Source of the DNA: the human T2T-CHM13v2.0 reference genome, Homo sapiens
Direction: 5' to 3' (one strand)
Assembly (NCBI RefSeq): GCF_009914755.1
Contig: NC_060927.1
DNA: 64,000 nucleotides
Made by a program: the position numbers and the translations under genes. Positions within the stretch are counted from its first letter, which is position 1. Every line of letters begins with the position of its first letter. Below the pieces are notes generated by a model. The model saw nothing but the letters and a program-made list of their open reading frames with translations. It had not been told where the DNA came from and did no database searches. Below are positions 15,616 through 29,614 of this stretch, piece by piece.

Positions 15616-16831
15616 TTTTGAAGCTCCAGATTCAGTTCATATAATTCATGGAAAATATCTGCTATATAACTTTATTGGTAAAGCCAGTCCTGATTGTTTC
15701 TGCTATAAAAACTGCCCTCTTTTTAAAATTAAATTAAATGTGCATATTAATGTTTCCCTTTTATAACCATCTTACTTCCAAACACCGGAATAGCTGGGGA
15801 TGAGTTTATCTCATTAATTCACATATCAATTTTTTAAAGCACTGGCTGGATACCCTGCAATTCATTATACTAATTGTTCTAATGTCAATAGCCAATGCTG
15901 TGTGCAAATGAGTACTCAGTATTTTGGCCACAAAAACTTGTGTTTTTGTTTGTTTTAAACAATGTTTCTAAATTGGAGACTAAAGCAGAAATTTGAGTAA
16001 GACCCCTTGTTATAGCAACTATGTTTGAATGAATACATACCTTTTTTTCTGTGACTCTACATGAACTTGAATAAAGCGATTCCACAGTTTTTAAAATAAC
16101 AACCATAGTTGAATCATGTACAAGTCTTTGAATGCTATAATCTCATCAGTAATGCTTTTTTCATTGCTGTAGAGGCAGATATAAATTACTGGCATGGAAT
16201 GACTGGAAACCTCCAAGGTTTCACCAGTCTGTAGGTCATAGCTCTTATTCATCACAACTTGCAAAGAGACATTTCCTATGTTGTGCCAATTTTCTCATTC
16301 CACAAATCACATGGGCATCTAACTAGAAAATGTGTTTAATCTCAAACATAGGCTTGACATGTCACATCTTTTTATCTGTTAAAAGTGCACCAGGTATAAC
16401 AAACTTTTTATAAGTTATATGAAATGTCCTGACCTTTGCATTGAGACTTGTATGAAGTTTTCAAAGCCAACTTCAAAATAATTGTGTAAAACTATTAAGC
16501 TTATATACATATTTACTAGCACTTTACATTTTCTCATAAACAATGAAAACTTTAGAGTCTGGATGTTTTGTAAGCAAATGAATAGCAAGAGATACTGTTT
16601 CAAATTCTTATCTGGAAAGTATATCAAGAGATTCTCCCTTGGGTAAGATTCATTTCTTGAAAAAAATCAGAAAGTCAGTGAGATAAGAGGTTATTAAATA
16701 AAACTGATAAAATTTAATTATCTGTCTGAATTCATAACCAAAGTAGCACGGGACAAAATAACACATTTCTGATGTCATATTTTGCCTATAACAGAAATGT
16801 GTATAAAATGGGGGATGGCACTAAGGCCTAT

Positions 16832-16938
16832 AGACACACCATCTTTAAGAGCTGTAACACTCACCGCGAAGGTCCGCGGCTTCATTCTTGAAGTCAGCGA
16901 GACCAAGAACCCACCGGAAGGAAACAACTCCGGACACA
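16832..16938 (+). mobile_element. Isolated 3'-terminal (U5) fragment of LTR12 (ERV9)
   Basis: tttaagagctgtaacactcaccgcgaaggtccgcggcttcattcttgaagtcagcgagaccaagaacccaccggaagg...ccggacaca. Confidence 0.9.
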
Positions 16939-17036
16939 ATATTTTGCTTACAAAAGGTTTTACAGACACCAGTATTTCAAACTGTCTCTTGATTTGTGTC
17001 TTGAATGTTTTTAAACTCCTGAAAACTGCATCATGT

Positions 17037-17544
17037 TGCGGAGACCAGCTCGGTCGGGGAGACCTTAACCAGTGGCGCTAGAGGAATTAAAGACACACAC
17101 ACAGAAATACAGAGGTGCAGAGTGGGAAATCAGGGGTCTCACAGCCTTCAGAGCTGAGAACCTTGAACAGAGATTTACCCATGTATTTATTGACAGCAAG
17201 CCAGTGATAAGCATTGTTTCTATAGATTATAGATTAAAAGTATTCCTTATGGGAAACAAAGGGATGGGCGGAAACAAAGGGATGGGTCTGGCTAGTTAGC
17301 TGCAGCAGGAGCATGTCCTTAAGGCACAGATCACTCATGCTATTGTTTGTGGCTAAAGAATGCCCTTAAGCAGTTTTCTGCCCTGGGCAGGGCCAGGTGT
17401 TCCTTGCCTTCATTCCTGTAAACCCACAACCTTCAGCATGGGCATCATGGCCATCACGAACATGTCACAGTGCTGCAGAGATTTTGTTTATGGCCAGTTT
17501 TGGGGCCAGTTTATGGCTAGATTTTGGGAGGCCTGTTCCCAACA
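17037..17544 (-). mobile_element. MER9-family (HERV-K HML-3) solo LTR
   Basis: Reverse complement begins tgttgggaacaggcctcccaaaatctagccataaactggcccc and ends ctccccgaccgagctggtctccgca. Confidence 0.88.
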
Positions 17545-17732
17545 TCCCAATATGTTACAATATTGGATGTGTAATAGGTATGTCCTTCTGTACTAAGGAG
17601 AAGGGCTACTGTAAATGGGTAGCTGGTGATGGAGAAATGGAATGAAGCACCTCCCCCTTGGGTGTAGTTTAAGGATCTGAAAGTAGATTTTCTTACAAAT
17701 ATTTGTGCCTTTGGAAAGCCTTTGTGTATGTT

Positions 17733-18124
17733 TTTCTTAGTCCATTTATGCTGCTATCATAAAATACCTGAGATTTGGTAATTTATAAGGAACACAAATG
17801 TATGTATCACATTCTGAAGGCTGGAAAGTCCCAGATTGAGGCACCAGCAGGTTCAGTGTCTGGTGAAGGCCACATTCCCAGCTTACAAGATGGTGCCTTG
17901 TTGTTGCATTCTCTGCAGGGAATGAACACTGGATCCTCGTAGGATGGAAGGAGGAAGGGCAAAAGAACCTAAGCTAGTTCTCTCCAGCCCTTTTATATGG
18001 CATTAATCCATTCATGAGTCCTCATGTCTTAATTTCTTCCCAAAAAGCCTCACCTCTTACCAGCATCACAATGGGGATTAAGTTGCAACAGGTGATTTTT
18101 GAGAGACACATTCAGACCACAGCA
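17733..18124 (-). mobile_element. MSTC/MLT1A-like MaLR solo LTR
   Basis: cttagtccatttatgctgctatcataaaatacctgaga...caagatggtgccttgttg...gacacattcagaccacagca. Confidence 0.82.
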
Positions 18125-19809
18125 ATATCCATGTATATGTAGACCCTAGTTTAAAGACTACTGATCTGCCTGAATTCACGTCCTAAAGAAAATTCTTTTA
18201 AATAATATTCTATCTTTTAAATATCTAAAAGATACAGTCAGTGATTCTTCAGAGTAGCAGACATTGACAAGGGACAGATTGTCACTAACTTCTGGGGGTA
18301 TGTCTGGGACAGTTTGTTTTACAATATAGGTCACATGGCATGCATGTGAGGAGTTTGGAAATGAGAGAACACCACAAATAGATACTCCTCCAAAGAGAAA
18401 TTAAGATACAGTAAGACCTAAAATGTCCCATTTGGAGCAGAGCAGATGGCTATATATAGTATGTGCTGAATAGAGAAATAAACAAAACTTCAGAACAAAG
18501 GTATCCTTTGCTATCAGAGTTCTCACTATCCAAATATTTGCTATTAGGATTTGCAGTTACTTTTACCAAAAAAAATCATTATTTGAAGAAAAACTGACTA
18601 TAACAAATATATATATACACATACAACGAGAAATACTTAAAACACGCTATTCCAATATGTATATTTATAGGTGTGTGGGGGGGTAAATCTGGACTCCTTA
18701 TTCCAATATGATCAGAAGCAAAAGTTTCCTATTTGAGTAATTTCTTGTTTCATAGATTCAGCTATAGCTTTAAAGGATGGCTTTTAGCATTCAGTTTCTG
18801 ATTTTCTATTTCTGAGGAGAAGACAAGTCCACAAGTTCCTTGAATTTGGACATGCATGACTCAGTCTTTCCTCACCTCACTGACATTCTCCCTTTATCCA
18901 TTCCAGAATAATGACGGTGATTAGCTGGCCACTTTTTCCATTTGGTTTTTCTTTTATTTTTGACACCAAGTGGTTGACATCACCTTGTTTCTGCTGCCAT
19001 CAAACTTCACTTGTAACCCTTCCAATGGTAACTATTTTTTATTGCCTAATCATTTTATTTTATTTGATACTTTATTTGGATTTGATATACATCTTTATTA
19101 TTTTAATACATTTACATGAAGTTCATATTTGCTGTGTTACAGGAGAGAAATATAATTTGAAGCTGATACCATGTACTACACTCTACTGAGTTCATTAAAT
19201 ACTAAGGAATTAGACAGTTGACATTTTGTATAATTTATATTATGCAGAAGTTCTTGGTAAATTATTTAAATACTTTTAGTATTTAAAAGTATTTGAGCAT
19301 ATTTCAGAAAATTCTTTTGGGATTTTTGGATGGGTTTGAAATGCATTTTTATTCTTTCCATTTACAATGTAGAATATAAGCTCTTATCCTCAAATTTGCT
19401 ATCAAATACATTTTCAAAAATGATTGAATTTAAAGAACAAAGGATGCCTGTACCAGCATCAAATCATGAATCATAAGGGCTAATGCTTTAAATTATTGAT
19501 TTCGTTGATTATTGACAGATTGCTTCTCACATGGACAGCACTGTGCAGCAGCTAAACGTTAGATAACAGCAATAATTTTATTTAAAAGCATTTATAATAG
19601 TACTGAGATCCACTGGGAAGAACAGTTGATAAAATCAAAATAACATCTATCCTATGAAAGTAAACCTATTGTCAAGCGGTCAGAGAATATATTCAAAGAA
19701 AATGCTTGTAACATTGTATTAAATAGACCAAGAAGAATATACAATTACATAGTAGTTATAATTCAATTTTTATTTTACAAATGTTAAATGTGTACATAAA
19801 ACACACTGA

Positions 19810-20155
<346 letters not shown>

Positions 20156-21525
20156 ATTTTGTTTCTTTTTACCTTACCCATTTTTTCTATAATGAGAATC
20201 TATATTTTTATAATGAAAACAAAAAATTATGAACATTTTATCTGATTTTCAGATGGATAAGATTTTTAAAGTACAGGAATAACTCAGAGATGAAAAGATT
20301 AATACATTTAACTCATGAAAAATTAAACTTTTTATATGTCATATATACCATAAACAACATTAAAGGCAAATTGCACTCATACTGACAAAATGTTAGTAAT
20401 ATATTTAATTTGTAAGAAACTCATAATAATATATAAGATAATACTTCAAGAGTAAGATATTTCTTTAAAATAGGCAAAGATCAAACAATTTACACAAGTA
20501 GAAAATAATGCTGAAAAAATGATTCCCAATATTAATATAAATTTAAATTGAAATAAGACATTGCTTTTCAACTGTTATAGTGGACAAAGTGAAATAAGAT
20601 CATAACAGTTGAAGGGACCATGTTCTGCTCTTGTGGTGGCCCAGAGCAGAGAAAGGAAACCAGTCACGGAGGTGAGGCCTGAGTGAGCCGGCACATCCAT
20701 TGGCGGTAGGAGACCAGAACCAGAGATTACCAGGGGTCATTGGTGATAGGAGAGGGGAGGTGAAAACTCCCATCCCACATGGTTTTCAAATGCATATGGA
20801 ATGGAATGCAAGCTATTTTTATCTATTATAAAAAATAAAGACCCCATAAATTTCTGAAAAAAAAAAAACAAAAAACAAAACAGAATCTGACATTTGGTTT
20901 GACATTTACTATGCATATAAATTTTCTCTACCATTTTTCATTGCACACTTCTTTGCATTAGTTTTGTTTTTAATCATATTTTCATATGTTTATATTTTTT
21001 ATTCAACTTGGGTGTAAGATTCTTACCAGTAGAAAACTGTATAACTTATATCTTGTAAACCTATAAGGCACCCCTCTAACCAAGGCCCAGTGAAATGTGT
21101 ACATCACTGCAGTTTAGCTGTGGCCTCAAGCTGGCATATTCCATTCAGCAAATAAGACCGATGCAATTATTCAAAACTGTGTCTTTTAGAAGGCAATATG
21201 GTACCAAAATATCGTAATTTATGTTCCTTGAGGAGGGTGTCTTTCTTTTAACACAAGTGCATTATCTTAACAAATGTATTATTCACTTGTTTCATGTCAC
21301 TTTAGCCAAATGCCTTGTTTATTGCCAGTGTCCATTTGATTGCTCTATGTTCACTTCTGATTGGTTGATATTGTGGGCGTACCTATTGTTAAATATTTTG
21401 ATTATTGCTTCTTTATCATACTATGGCTTCAAAACACACACAGGTAATGATTTAAAGCTATTCCTGGAAAAATTTCTTCTGCATTTTGCTCCATCTCATC
21501 CTATCTCTATGAATGTTTTAGCGGC

Positions 21526-21904
21526 TGTAGTAGTTCATTTTCACACTGCTATAAAGAAATACCCAAGACTGGGTAATTTATAAAGGAAAGAGGTTTAAGT
21601 GACTCACAGTTCCACATGGCTGGGGAGGCCTCAGGAAACTTACAATCATGGTGGAAGGCAAAGGGGAACAAGTACCTTCTTCACAGGGTGGCAGAAGATA
21701 GAAGAATGAAGGAGGAACTTCCAAACACTTATAAAACCATCAGATCTCATGAAAACTTACTCACCATAAGAACAGTGGGAAACTGCCCCCATGATCGAAT
21801 CACCTTCCTCTCTTGACATGTGGGGGTTACACGTCCCTCTCTCAACATGTGGGGACTATAAATCAAGATGAGGTTTGGGTGGGACACAGAGCCAAACCAT
21901 TACA
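21526..21904 (-). mobile_element. THE1D-like MaLR solo LTR
   Basis: ttcacactgctataaagaaatacccaagactggg...ggctggggaggcctcaggaaacttacaatcatgg...gggacacagagccaaacca; TSD gcggc/gaggc. Confidence 0.88.
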
Positions 21905-22038
21905 GAGGCCTTGCTAGATTGGCATCCTGGACAATCTCCCATTGGTTCTTTCTCTTAACTCAACCTGGCAGTATTTGATCTCTTTCTCAATAGAGCACAA
22001 GCGGGCTCTTGCACTCAATGGTTTAAAAGTAGGGCTGT

Positions 22039-22535
22039 CCACTATTCACAATAGCAAAGACATGGAATCAATCCAAATGCCCACGAATGATAGACTGGCT
22101 AAAGAAAATGTGGTACATCTACACCATGGAATATGATGCAGCCATAAAAAAGAATGAGATTATGTCCTTTGCAGCAACATGGATGGAGCTGGAAGCCATC
22201 ATCCTCAGAAAACTAACACAGGAAGAGAAAACCAAACACCACATGTTCTCACATATAAATGGCAGCTGAACAATGAGAACACACGGACACAGGGAGGGGA
22301 ACAACACACACTGAGGCCTGTTTGGGGGTGGGAAGAGGGAGAGCATCAGGATAAATAGATAATGCATGCGGGGCTTAATACCTAGGTGAGGGGCTGATAG
22401 GAGCAGCAAACCACTATGGCACACGTTTACCTATGTAACAAACCTGCACATCCTGCACATGTATCCTGGAACTTAAAATTAAATTAAATTAAAAATTAAA
22501 AATAAACCTCTAAATTGATTGAAAATAAATAAATA
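22039..22535 (+). mobile_element. 5'-truncated primate L1PA (older subfamily) 3' end
   Basis: ORF2 C-terminus (WYIYTMEYDAAIKKNEIMSFAATWMELEAIIL) plus 3'UTR tttacctatgtaacaaacctgcac; TSD aaaagtagggctg / aaaagtatggctg. Confidence 0.9.
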
Positions 22536-23049
22536 TTTTTAAAAAGTATGGCTGCCTATGATGATTCAGGACACTATCTTGCAGGTAGACATAGTGTTAA
22601 TTACTAGCAGCAGCAGCCCTTGAGGATTCTGAAATAGACAGGAGTAGACAAACTTTAGACAGGTCTCTATGCCTAAGATAAGGAGTGAATAAAAATGAAA
22701 CTGGAAAACTGATGTATGGGGAGGCGTGTGCAGGATAGAAGGAATAATTCCACTGCCAATGGTCAAGCAGCTCCAATTACAAATATCTGGTTCCTATGGC
22801 ATTCCCTGGAGTTCAAAATTGATCTTGGTTGATGGCAAATAATTGCTTGACAGGTGGTAAGAACCTAAAAATTCTGTTCATTTAAGCAGATAGAGGACAA
22901 GATGAAGTATGAGTGCACATATTCTACTTTATCTCCTTGATCTGAAGGAATATATCTGATTAGATACTGTGATTATTTACCTGTTAGAAAGCAAAAACTG
23001 TAATGAACATACTCATTTACTGCATGTCTACTGGGTAAAATCCTTTGTT

Positions 23050-23880
23050 TAAAAATAATAATAATAGCTAATTGTTATGACAGCTTACTATGTGCCAGGC
23101 TGAATGTCCTAAATGCTTTTACGGTGTTGTCATTTAAGCTCTAAAAAAAAATCTGTGAGATAGTTGTTATAATGACTCCCATTTTGCATGGGAAATTGGA
23201 ATTCAGAGGTACATAACTTTTCCTTGCTATGTAACTAATAAATGGCAGGCCTGACATGCATAATCTCACTTATCTGTCATTATGTAAATATCCATAGATA
23301 AGTATTTATAAAATATATATATTGCTAACCTTATAGCATTCTTGAAATTAGTGTTAGTATGTCTATTTTATATTGTTCTGTTTTATAGAATGCTTGTCCT
23401 CAGAGAGTTTGAGTCACTTGTCATGGGTCACACAGGTAATAAACTGTTGTGAAAAATAAAGATTCATATTCAGTCCCTTCTGACTGTAAATGATGCCCTT
23501 TATCCACTGTGCCAAACTTAGAACCTGTAGTAAAGGATTAAGACTTCTATAAATTACTCTGAAACATCATTATAAAATGGAAACAAGGTCATGTGCCTGA
23601 TGCTCATCTTTTGTACAATATAAATATAATAATAACAAAAAGGTTATTTAGAGCATACTTTTATTTGCTTACCTGATATTTATGTTTTATTACTCCTAAC
23701 AGCCCTGTGAAATAGGCTTTGCAGCTGGTATTATCTATCTTGTACAGATGAACGAACGATTGCTTAGAGATAGAAAACACTTCACCTGAGGTCACCAGGC
23801 TAAGTAAATGGGTAAGTAAGAGGTGGTGGAAGATTCCCTGGCTCTCATCCCAGGGTTCCTTTCACACCACATTTCCCAAA
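23050..23880 (-). mobile_element. Cluster of three MIR fragments
   Basis: aataatagctaa...cttactatgtgccaggc; tcacttgtcatgggtcacacag; tgtacagatgaa...gcttagaga...cacctgaggtcac. Confidence 0.65.
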
Positions 23881-26800
23881 TATGGCTTCTTGTAATGATG
23901 TCTGCTTTCAGATTTATTTTTTATATCTCCACTCCTGTATCTTTGACTTGGAATGAAAATGCAGTCTATTCCACTTCTGGAATGCTTTAAATTATATTTA
24001 GAACTCCTTCCAGTTGGTTCCTGTAAGAAGGTCTCTATAAGAAGCATACATGTAATTACTGAGGCCATGCTGCTGGTACTGATCTTCTTACTGAATAAGA
24101 AGTTCCAGACAAGGTTATGGGTTTTAAATAACAGAACCAAACTCTAATTTAAGCAGAAGAAGAATGTTTTGAAAAGATACAAACATTTGGGGAGGATTAA
24201 GAACTAGACTCGAATCAGCCAGGAAGCACTGTAGTCTAATGAGTCAAGAATCAAGCCATAGTCATGCCTCAGAAACTGGCTAGGATGCGCTGGGACAGCA
24301 CGGCCATGGGGCACTTCCTGCTCTCATCACTGTTCTCTATTCTCCATTGTTAGCACCAAGAATAATCTCTAAGTCTCCCTAAATCTCTGCAGCTCTCTTT
24401 CAAGGTTCTGAGTCTCAGATGAGTCCCACAAAGAAATCGTTTGTGTAACTCTAAGTCATTTGTCTTACTAAGACAGAATATCTACCCTCACTGACTTCCC
24501 CAGTATGATGGAGCACTGTTCCTAATAAGAACCAAACAGTAGGTCTTTGGGAGCCAGAAAACAACAAAAATTGTCCCTTACAGAACCAAAGAGTAAATTT
24601 GTACATCTGATAAAAATCCTTTTGTTTTTGTAGTAATTAAGCACCTGGAGCTTAATATTCAAGAAACTTATTCTCTTCCATCTTCCAACATAGATATACA
24701 AGCAAATAGACATTCTTTTAGCATATATCATATGTCCTTTAGCAAATTATCTCACTCGATTTGTGTGCATCCTCAATTATAAAATAAGTACCTTATTACT
24801 GGTCACTCCCTCCCAGGGAGGCTAAATAGATTTGTAGCAACAATGACTTTAAGCACTCAAAAATTCTTTAAAGAAAAATGCTCTAAGGCAGATGAAAAGT
24901 GTTCTCATATTATAGTTCTGACGCACAGAAGCTATTCTGTAAATGTTTTAGAGTTTCCGACTTAAAAATGTTTTTCATCAAGACAGATGAAACTTGCTTA
25001 GGAGAGTAAAAGAGGGTGCTATAAAATCCAGATGTGTGGAAATGCATGAAAAACTTCATTTGAAACCAAAAGTAAACCTCAGAGAAATTAGTAGTGATAT
25101 GTTATTGGGCTCATGTACTACATGAGGGGGCATCTCACAAAACAAGGCTACTTGGCAGTGCTTCTCTTTCCATGCAATTATTGTGTTCTTGAATTCCAAT
25201 TCTAATTTTGATGACTTGTCATCTACAAATATGCTGTTCTCTTAATTCGTGCAACTGTCATTAATGAATGCAATCAATGCAGGGTATTTTGCAAATTAAA
25301 AATACCATGATTTTTCTAAATGAAATAAAACTAATAAAATGCACATGTATCCCTTGGAAAAAATGGAGGACGTGAAAAAGGAAAAGGTTACAATGTATTA
25401 TAAAACTGTAACTTGACTATGGAACAGATTTATGATCACATAAAATTTTTAAATAGCAAAAGAGCTTAGTCTCCTGTATATGACAGTCCTAGGACACTTA
25501 CAATTTTATTTTAAAAAAATAAAAGGCTCTTCTTGAGCTACTGTGGCACCAAAGATGCCCTGAAACCTCAATAAAAGTCTATTTTTACACTTTTACATGG
25601 GAGAGAAAAGATTGAAAAGAATATATGGAGCATATAATACCAGAACCAACCTGCATATCTGAGCTGTAAATATCTTGAATAGATGTTCCTGAAAAGGGCA
25701 CAGATGGAATTGTCAGTTACTGAAGTTGATTCAGGCAACACGCTACGGAGCTCCATTGGTAAGCATAAGTCCTTAAAATGTATGGTTGTATTTTGCATCT
25801 CATACTACCAAGATGTTGCCTGTCAATATTTTTTAGCTCAGAAGAGACATGAAATTGTCTTAATCAAAAAGCCATGTACCTTTCTCTAACATTGACTTTC
25901 TAACAAAGATGAACCATTATGAAGGGGATAACATAATGATAAAACTTTCCCTTCTTACAAAACACTTGTACATTTAAAGTAAGTTTGGTCTTAATAGGAG
26001 CAAAATAACTTGAACACAATTGATTTGAAGATATGGTCATGCTTGCTGGTGAAGGAACAAGGCCTGGAGCTTAAACCTTCAGCCACTCCCACAGAGTGGA
26101 GAAATATAGAGAAGTACAGACACTTAAGGATTCAAAGAAATAAAAGTTTCAAAATTTTCAAGAAGGACACTTTAGTACCACTAACACTCACAAGTTGAAC
26201 AGATGGTCCATTAAAAGAAATTTAAGTGAGGCCTGAGTTGGAGTACAAGCAGTAAAATTGCAAACAGCTGGACTTCAGACTGAAAATGTTATCTGGATAT
26301 CCAAATGGAAAGAACCTTGCTAAAAGAGTTGGGTAGAATATTACTGTCCTTGTGCTAATAAAGAAAATAGAGTGAAGAAAAAACTAGCAATGAATGTAAA
26401 ACCTGATTTCTATTTAAACCTTTAATAACATTGATAACTTAAGTCTTTTTATATAAATTCAATCCATAAAAAGTATTGATGCAAAGTGACCTATGCCAAA
26501 TTTCCTTTTTCATGTAATTCACAAAATGATGTACAAAACAGCATTATACAAATAACTATAATATAATGGCTTCATTACATGCTATAACAGAGGAATGAGG
26601 AACATAGAATTAAATCTCACTACAGGAATTAAGGAAAACTTAATTGAGTAGCCATTTGCTCTGGACTTTGAAAGATGAGTAGAATTTTCATAGATTTGAT
26701 TATTATGTGGAAGAAATCTAGGTAGGGAAAAATAGTATGATCAAAGACATAGACACGAAAAATCTTTGGTATATTCTAACAAAAAACATTAGTAGAGTAA

Positions 26801-28090
26801 TACTATGTAGATGTATCAGAATAGAAGGTGGGATGTGTAGTCAGAAATAGGTTCTCTATTAATCAGCATAGGTTAAGCCCCAATGGTAGCAATCTTTCAA
26901 TCCTGTGTTAATGAGTTTACCTAGAGAGAATACACTCATTAACACAGCTTTGAAATAGGAAGCCATTGTAGAAATTTGAGTTGATAGTTTGTGTAATTTG
27001 TATCTAAAATATGTCAAATGACCAAACATATTGTGCTAAACTAAAAAGAAAATGTGCTATATACTAGGTGTGAGGTTCAAAACAAAGTTTTTTTTGTTTG
27101 TTTGTTTCTAATCACCTAGTGCCATAACAACCACACTAGGACAAGTATTGTTAATTATGTTGAGCAGCGGAGGGAACCCAGAGGGTCAGAGAAGTCAGTA
27201 GCACATCCATTCATTGTCAGTTAGCTGGCATGTAGCTAAGCCAAGGCTCAAATTCAGATTCATCTCCCTATGAAGACTGTGTTCCATATCATGGGTCAGG
27301 TTTTCCTCTAAAGAAGTTGAGAGAAAGTGTAACAACGCCGTGAAGATCATTTGGGGGACAGGATCTCAATACCCTGGTTGGTGGCCCCATTGTCTCTAGT
27401 GGCTAATAAACTATAACCAGGGGAATATTCTTCTTAATAGCACTTGTGCAGTTTCACGTAGTATAGGAAGCTCTGAGTCACTTGCTTATGGGGAATGGGT
27501 AAATATTTATCTAGTTTCCACAGGAAAACACAATTACACACTTGAATAATAGTGGGAATTATAACAACTCTTCCAATGTGCTACATGAAGCTCAATGGAA
27601 TGACTGGACTTTATGACTGTTCTCTTTTCATTCTAGGGGAAACAAAATCCTTCTTGCTTCGTAACATTTCACAATCAGTACAATAAAATAAAATCAGAAA
27701 ACATAGCAAACTCTATATCTGCATTTCTATATTTGTGATAGATTAGTAAGCTATTCTTTCTTAAGTGCTCTAAAAAAGCATAAATTTCAGTTTATGTATT
27801 TTCAGAAATCTTGGCCTTAATTGTCGAAATATTTCATCTTGAGGATAAACAGTTCTTTACTTGTCTCTTTCCAACAGATAGGGCTAATCAGAAAACCACA
27901 GCAGGGAAAGAACATACACTGAGATAGAAAAATTAGATCATTAAAAATATGTCAAATAACAACAATTTAAAAGTAGCTCTTAGCTGAGATGGCATTTCTT
28001 TGCATTTCAGCAACAATAAATCCTAAACACAGATTTCTAAATATGTGTGCCTATACTCCTTGCAATTGTGTGTATTTATACATAGTGACT

Positions 28091-28780
28091 ATTTTTCCTT
28101 CCTCCCTCCCTCCTTCCTTCCTCCCTCCCTCCTTCCTTCCTTCCACCCTCCATACGTACCTTTTTCCTTCCTTCCCTCCCTCCCTCCCTCCCTCCCTTCC
28201 TTCCTTCCTTCCTTCCCTCCCTCCCTCCCTCCTTCCTTCCTTCCACCCTCCATACGTACCTTTTTCCTTCCTTCCCTCCCTCCCTCCCTCCCTCCCTTCC
28301 TTCCTTCTTCCCTCCCTCCCTCCCTTCCTTCCTTCTTCCCTCCCTCCCTCCCTCCCTCCCTCCCTTCCTTCCTTCCACCCTCCATACGTACCTTTTTCCT
28401 TCCTTCCCTCCCTCCCTCCCTCCCTCCCTCCCTCCCTTCCTTCCTTCCTTCTTCCCTCCCTCCCTCCCTCCCTTCCTTCCTTCCACCCTCCATACGTACC
28501 TTTTTCCTTCCTTCCCTCCCTCCCTCCCTCCCTTCCTTCTTCCCTCCCTTCCTTCCTTCCTTCCTTCTTCCCTCCCTCCCTCCCTCCCTTCCTTCCTTCC
28601 TTCTTCCCTCCCTCCCTCCCTTCCTTCCTCCCTTCCTTCCTTCCTTCTTCCCTCCCTCCCTCCCTTCCTTCCTCCCTCCCTTCCTTCCTTCTTCCCTCCC
28701 TCCCTTCTTCCCTCCCTTCCTTCCTTCCTTCCTTCTTCCCTCCCTCCCTCCCTTCTTTCCTTCCTTCCTTCCTTCCTTCC
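28091..28780. repeat. Compound (CCTT)n/(CCCT)n polypyrimidine minisatellite with four embedded copies of ccaccctccatacgtacc
   Basis: Direct reading; embedded motif at 28143, 28243, 28375 and 28483. Confidence 0.95.
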
Positions 28781-29255
28781 ATGACATCATCCAGTGGTAC
28801 AGTGTCCTTCCACTTATTTTTCTTTTCAGGGTGACGGTGGCTCATCTTCAACAGATTAACATTTCATTTCTCTCTAAATTCTATTGGTAGGGAAAACTCA
28901 TTCATTTGCCAGAGATTGGATGATTAACATGACCTCGTGATTAAAAAGAATGTATCTTTGTGTTTTTACATTGAGAAGCTTGGAAAAGTGGGAATTTTCT
29001 GTTTCTTTTCTCTTTCTCCCCTTTTATCAACATGACCTAGTAGGTATAATATAATGACTTCTCATGTTTAAAATAAAGTATAAACCTATTACCATGACCT
29101 CACAAGGCCTACATGATCTGGCCATACTTTTCTTTCTGATCTCAACTCTTTTTTTCTTCCCTTCTTTTCTGTTCCTTCTGCCTGCCAAGCATATATCTGT
29201 GGACACATAAGTGTGAATATACCATTATCTCTGCTTGCCCCACTTTTACCTGAGT

Positions 29256-29433
29256 AAGAAGTTGCCAACAATGACTGAACGTTAGAATCACCCGGGGAAC
29301 TATTAACAATACAAATGCCCAAGCCCCATTTCTAGACATTTTTATTTAAATGGTTTTTAAAGGGGCCTATGCACTAGTTTTTAAAAAAGTCTCCCAGGTA
29401 ATGCTTATGTACACTCAGGGTTGAGAACTACTA
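29256..29433. mobile_element. MER5-family hAT-Charlie MITE inserted in L2
   Basis: ttagaatcacccggggaac...tctcccaggtaatgcttatgtacactcagggttgagaactact. Confidence 0.75.
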
Positions 29434-29614
29434 CACTATATTTTCAAATGATGGGGATTAGGTCTCTACTCAGATGACTTCCCATGGAGACCTTTCTTAC
29501 GTCCATGTAAAGAAGCCTCATGATATTATCACTATTAGAAATCACACCATTTTTGTTTGTTTGTTTACCAACCATTTCTCTCACTAGATTATTAGCTCCA
29601 TAAAAGCAGGGACT

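Noticed and set aside
28143-28500. Identical 18-bp motif separated by variable spacers (CRISPR-like layout)
   Set aside because: The spacers are microsatellite variants of one another, as expected for a VNTR.
27989-28890. Longest ORFs in the track (233-281 aa, Pro/Ser/Leu/Phe-rich or Gly/Arg/Lys/Glu-rich)
   Set aside because: Open in several frames on both strands only because the CCTT/CCCT repeat lacks stop codons; not coding evidence.
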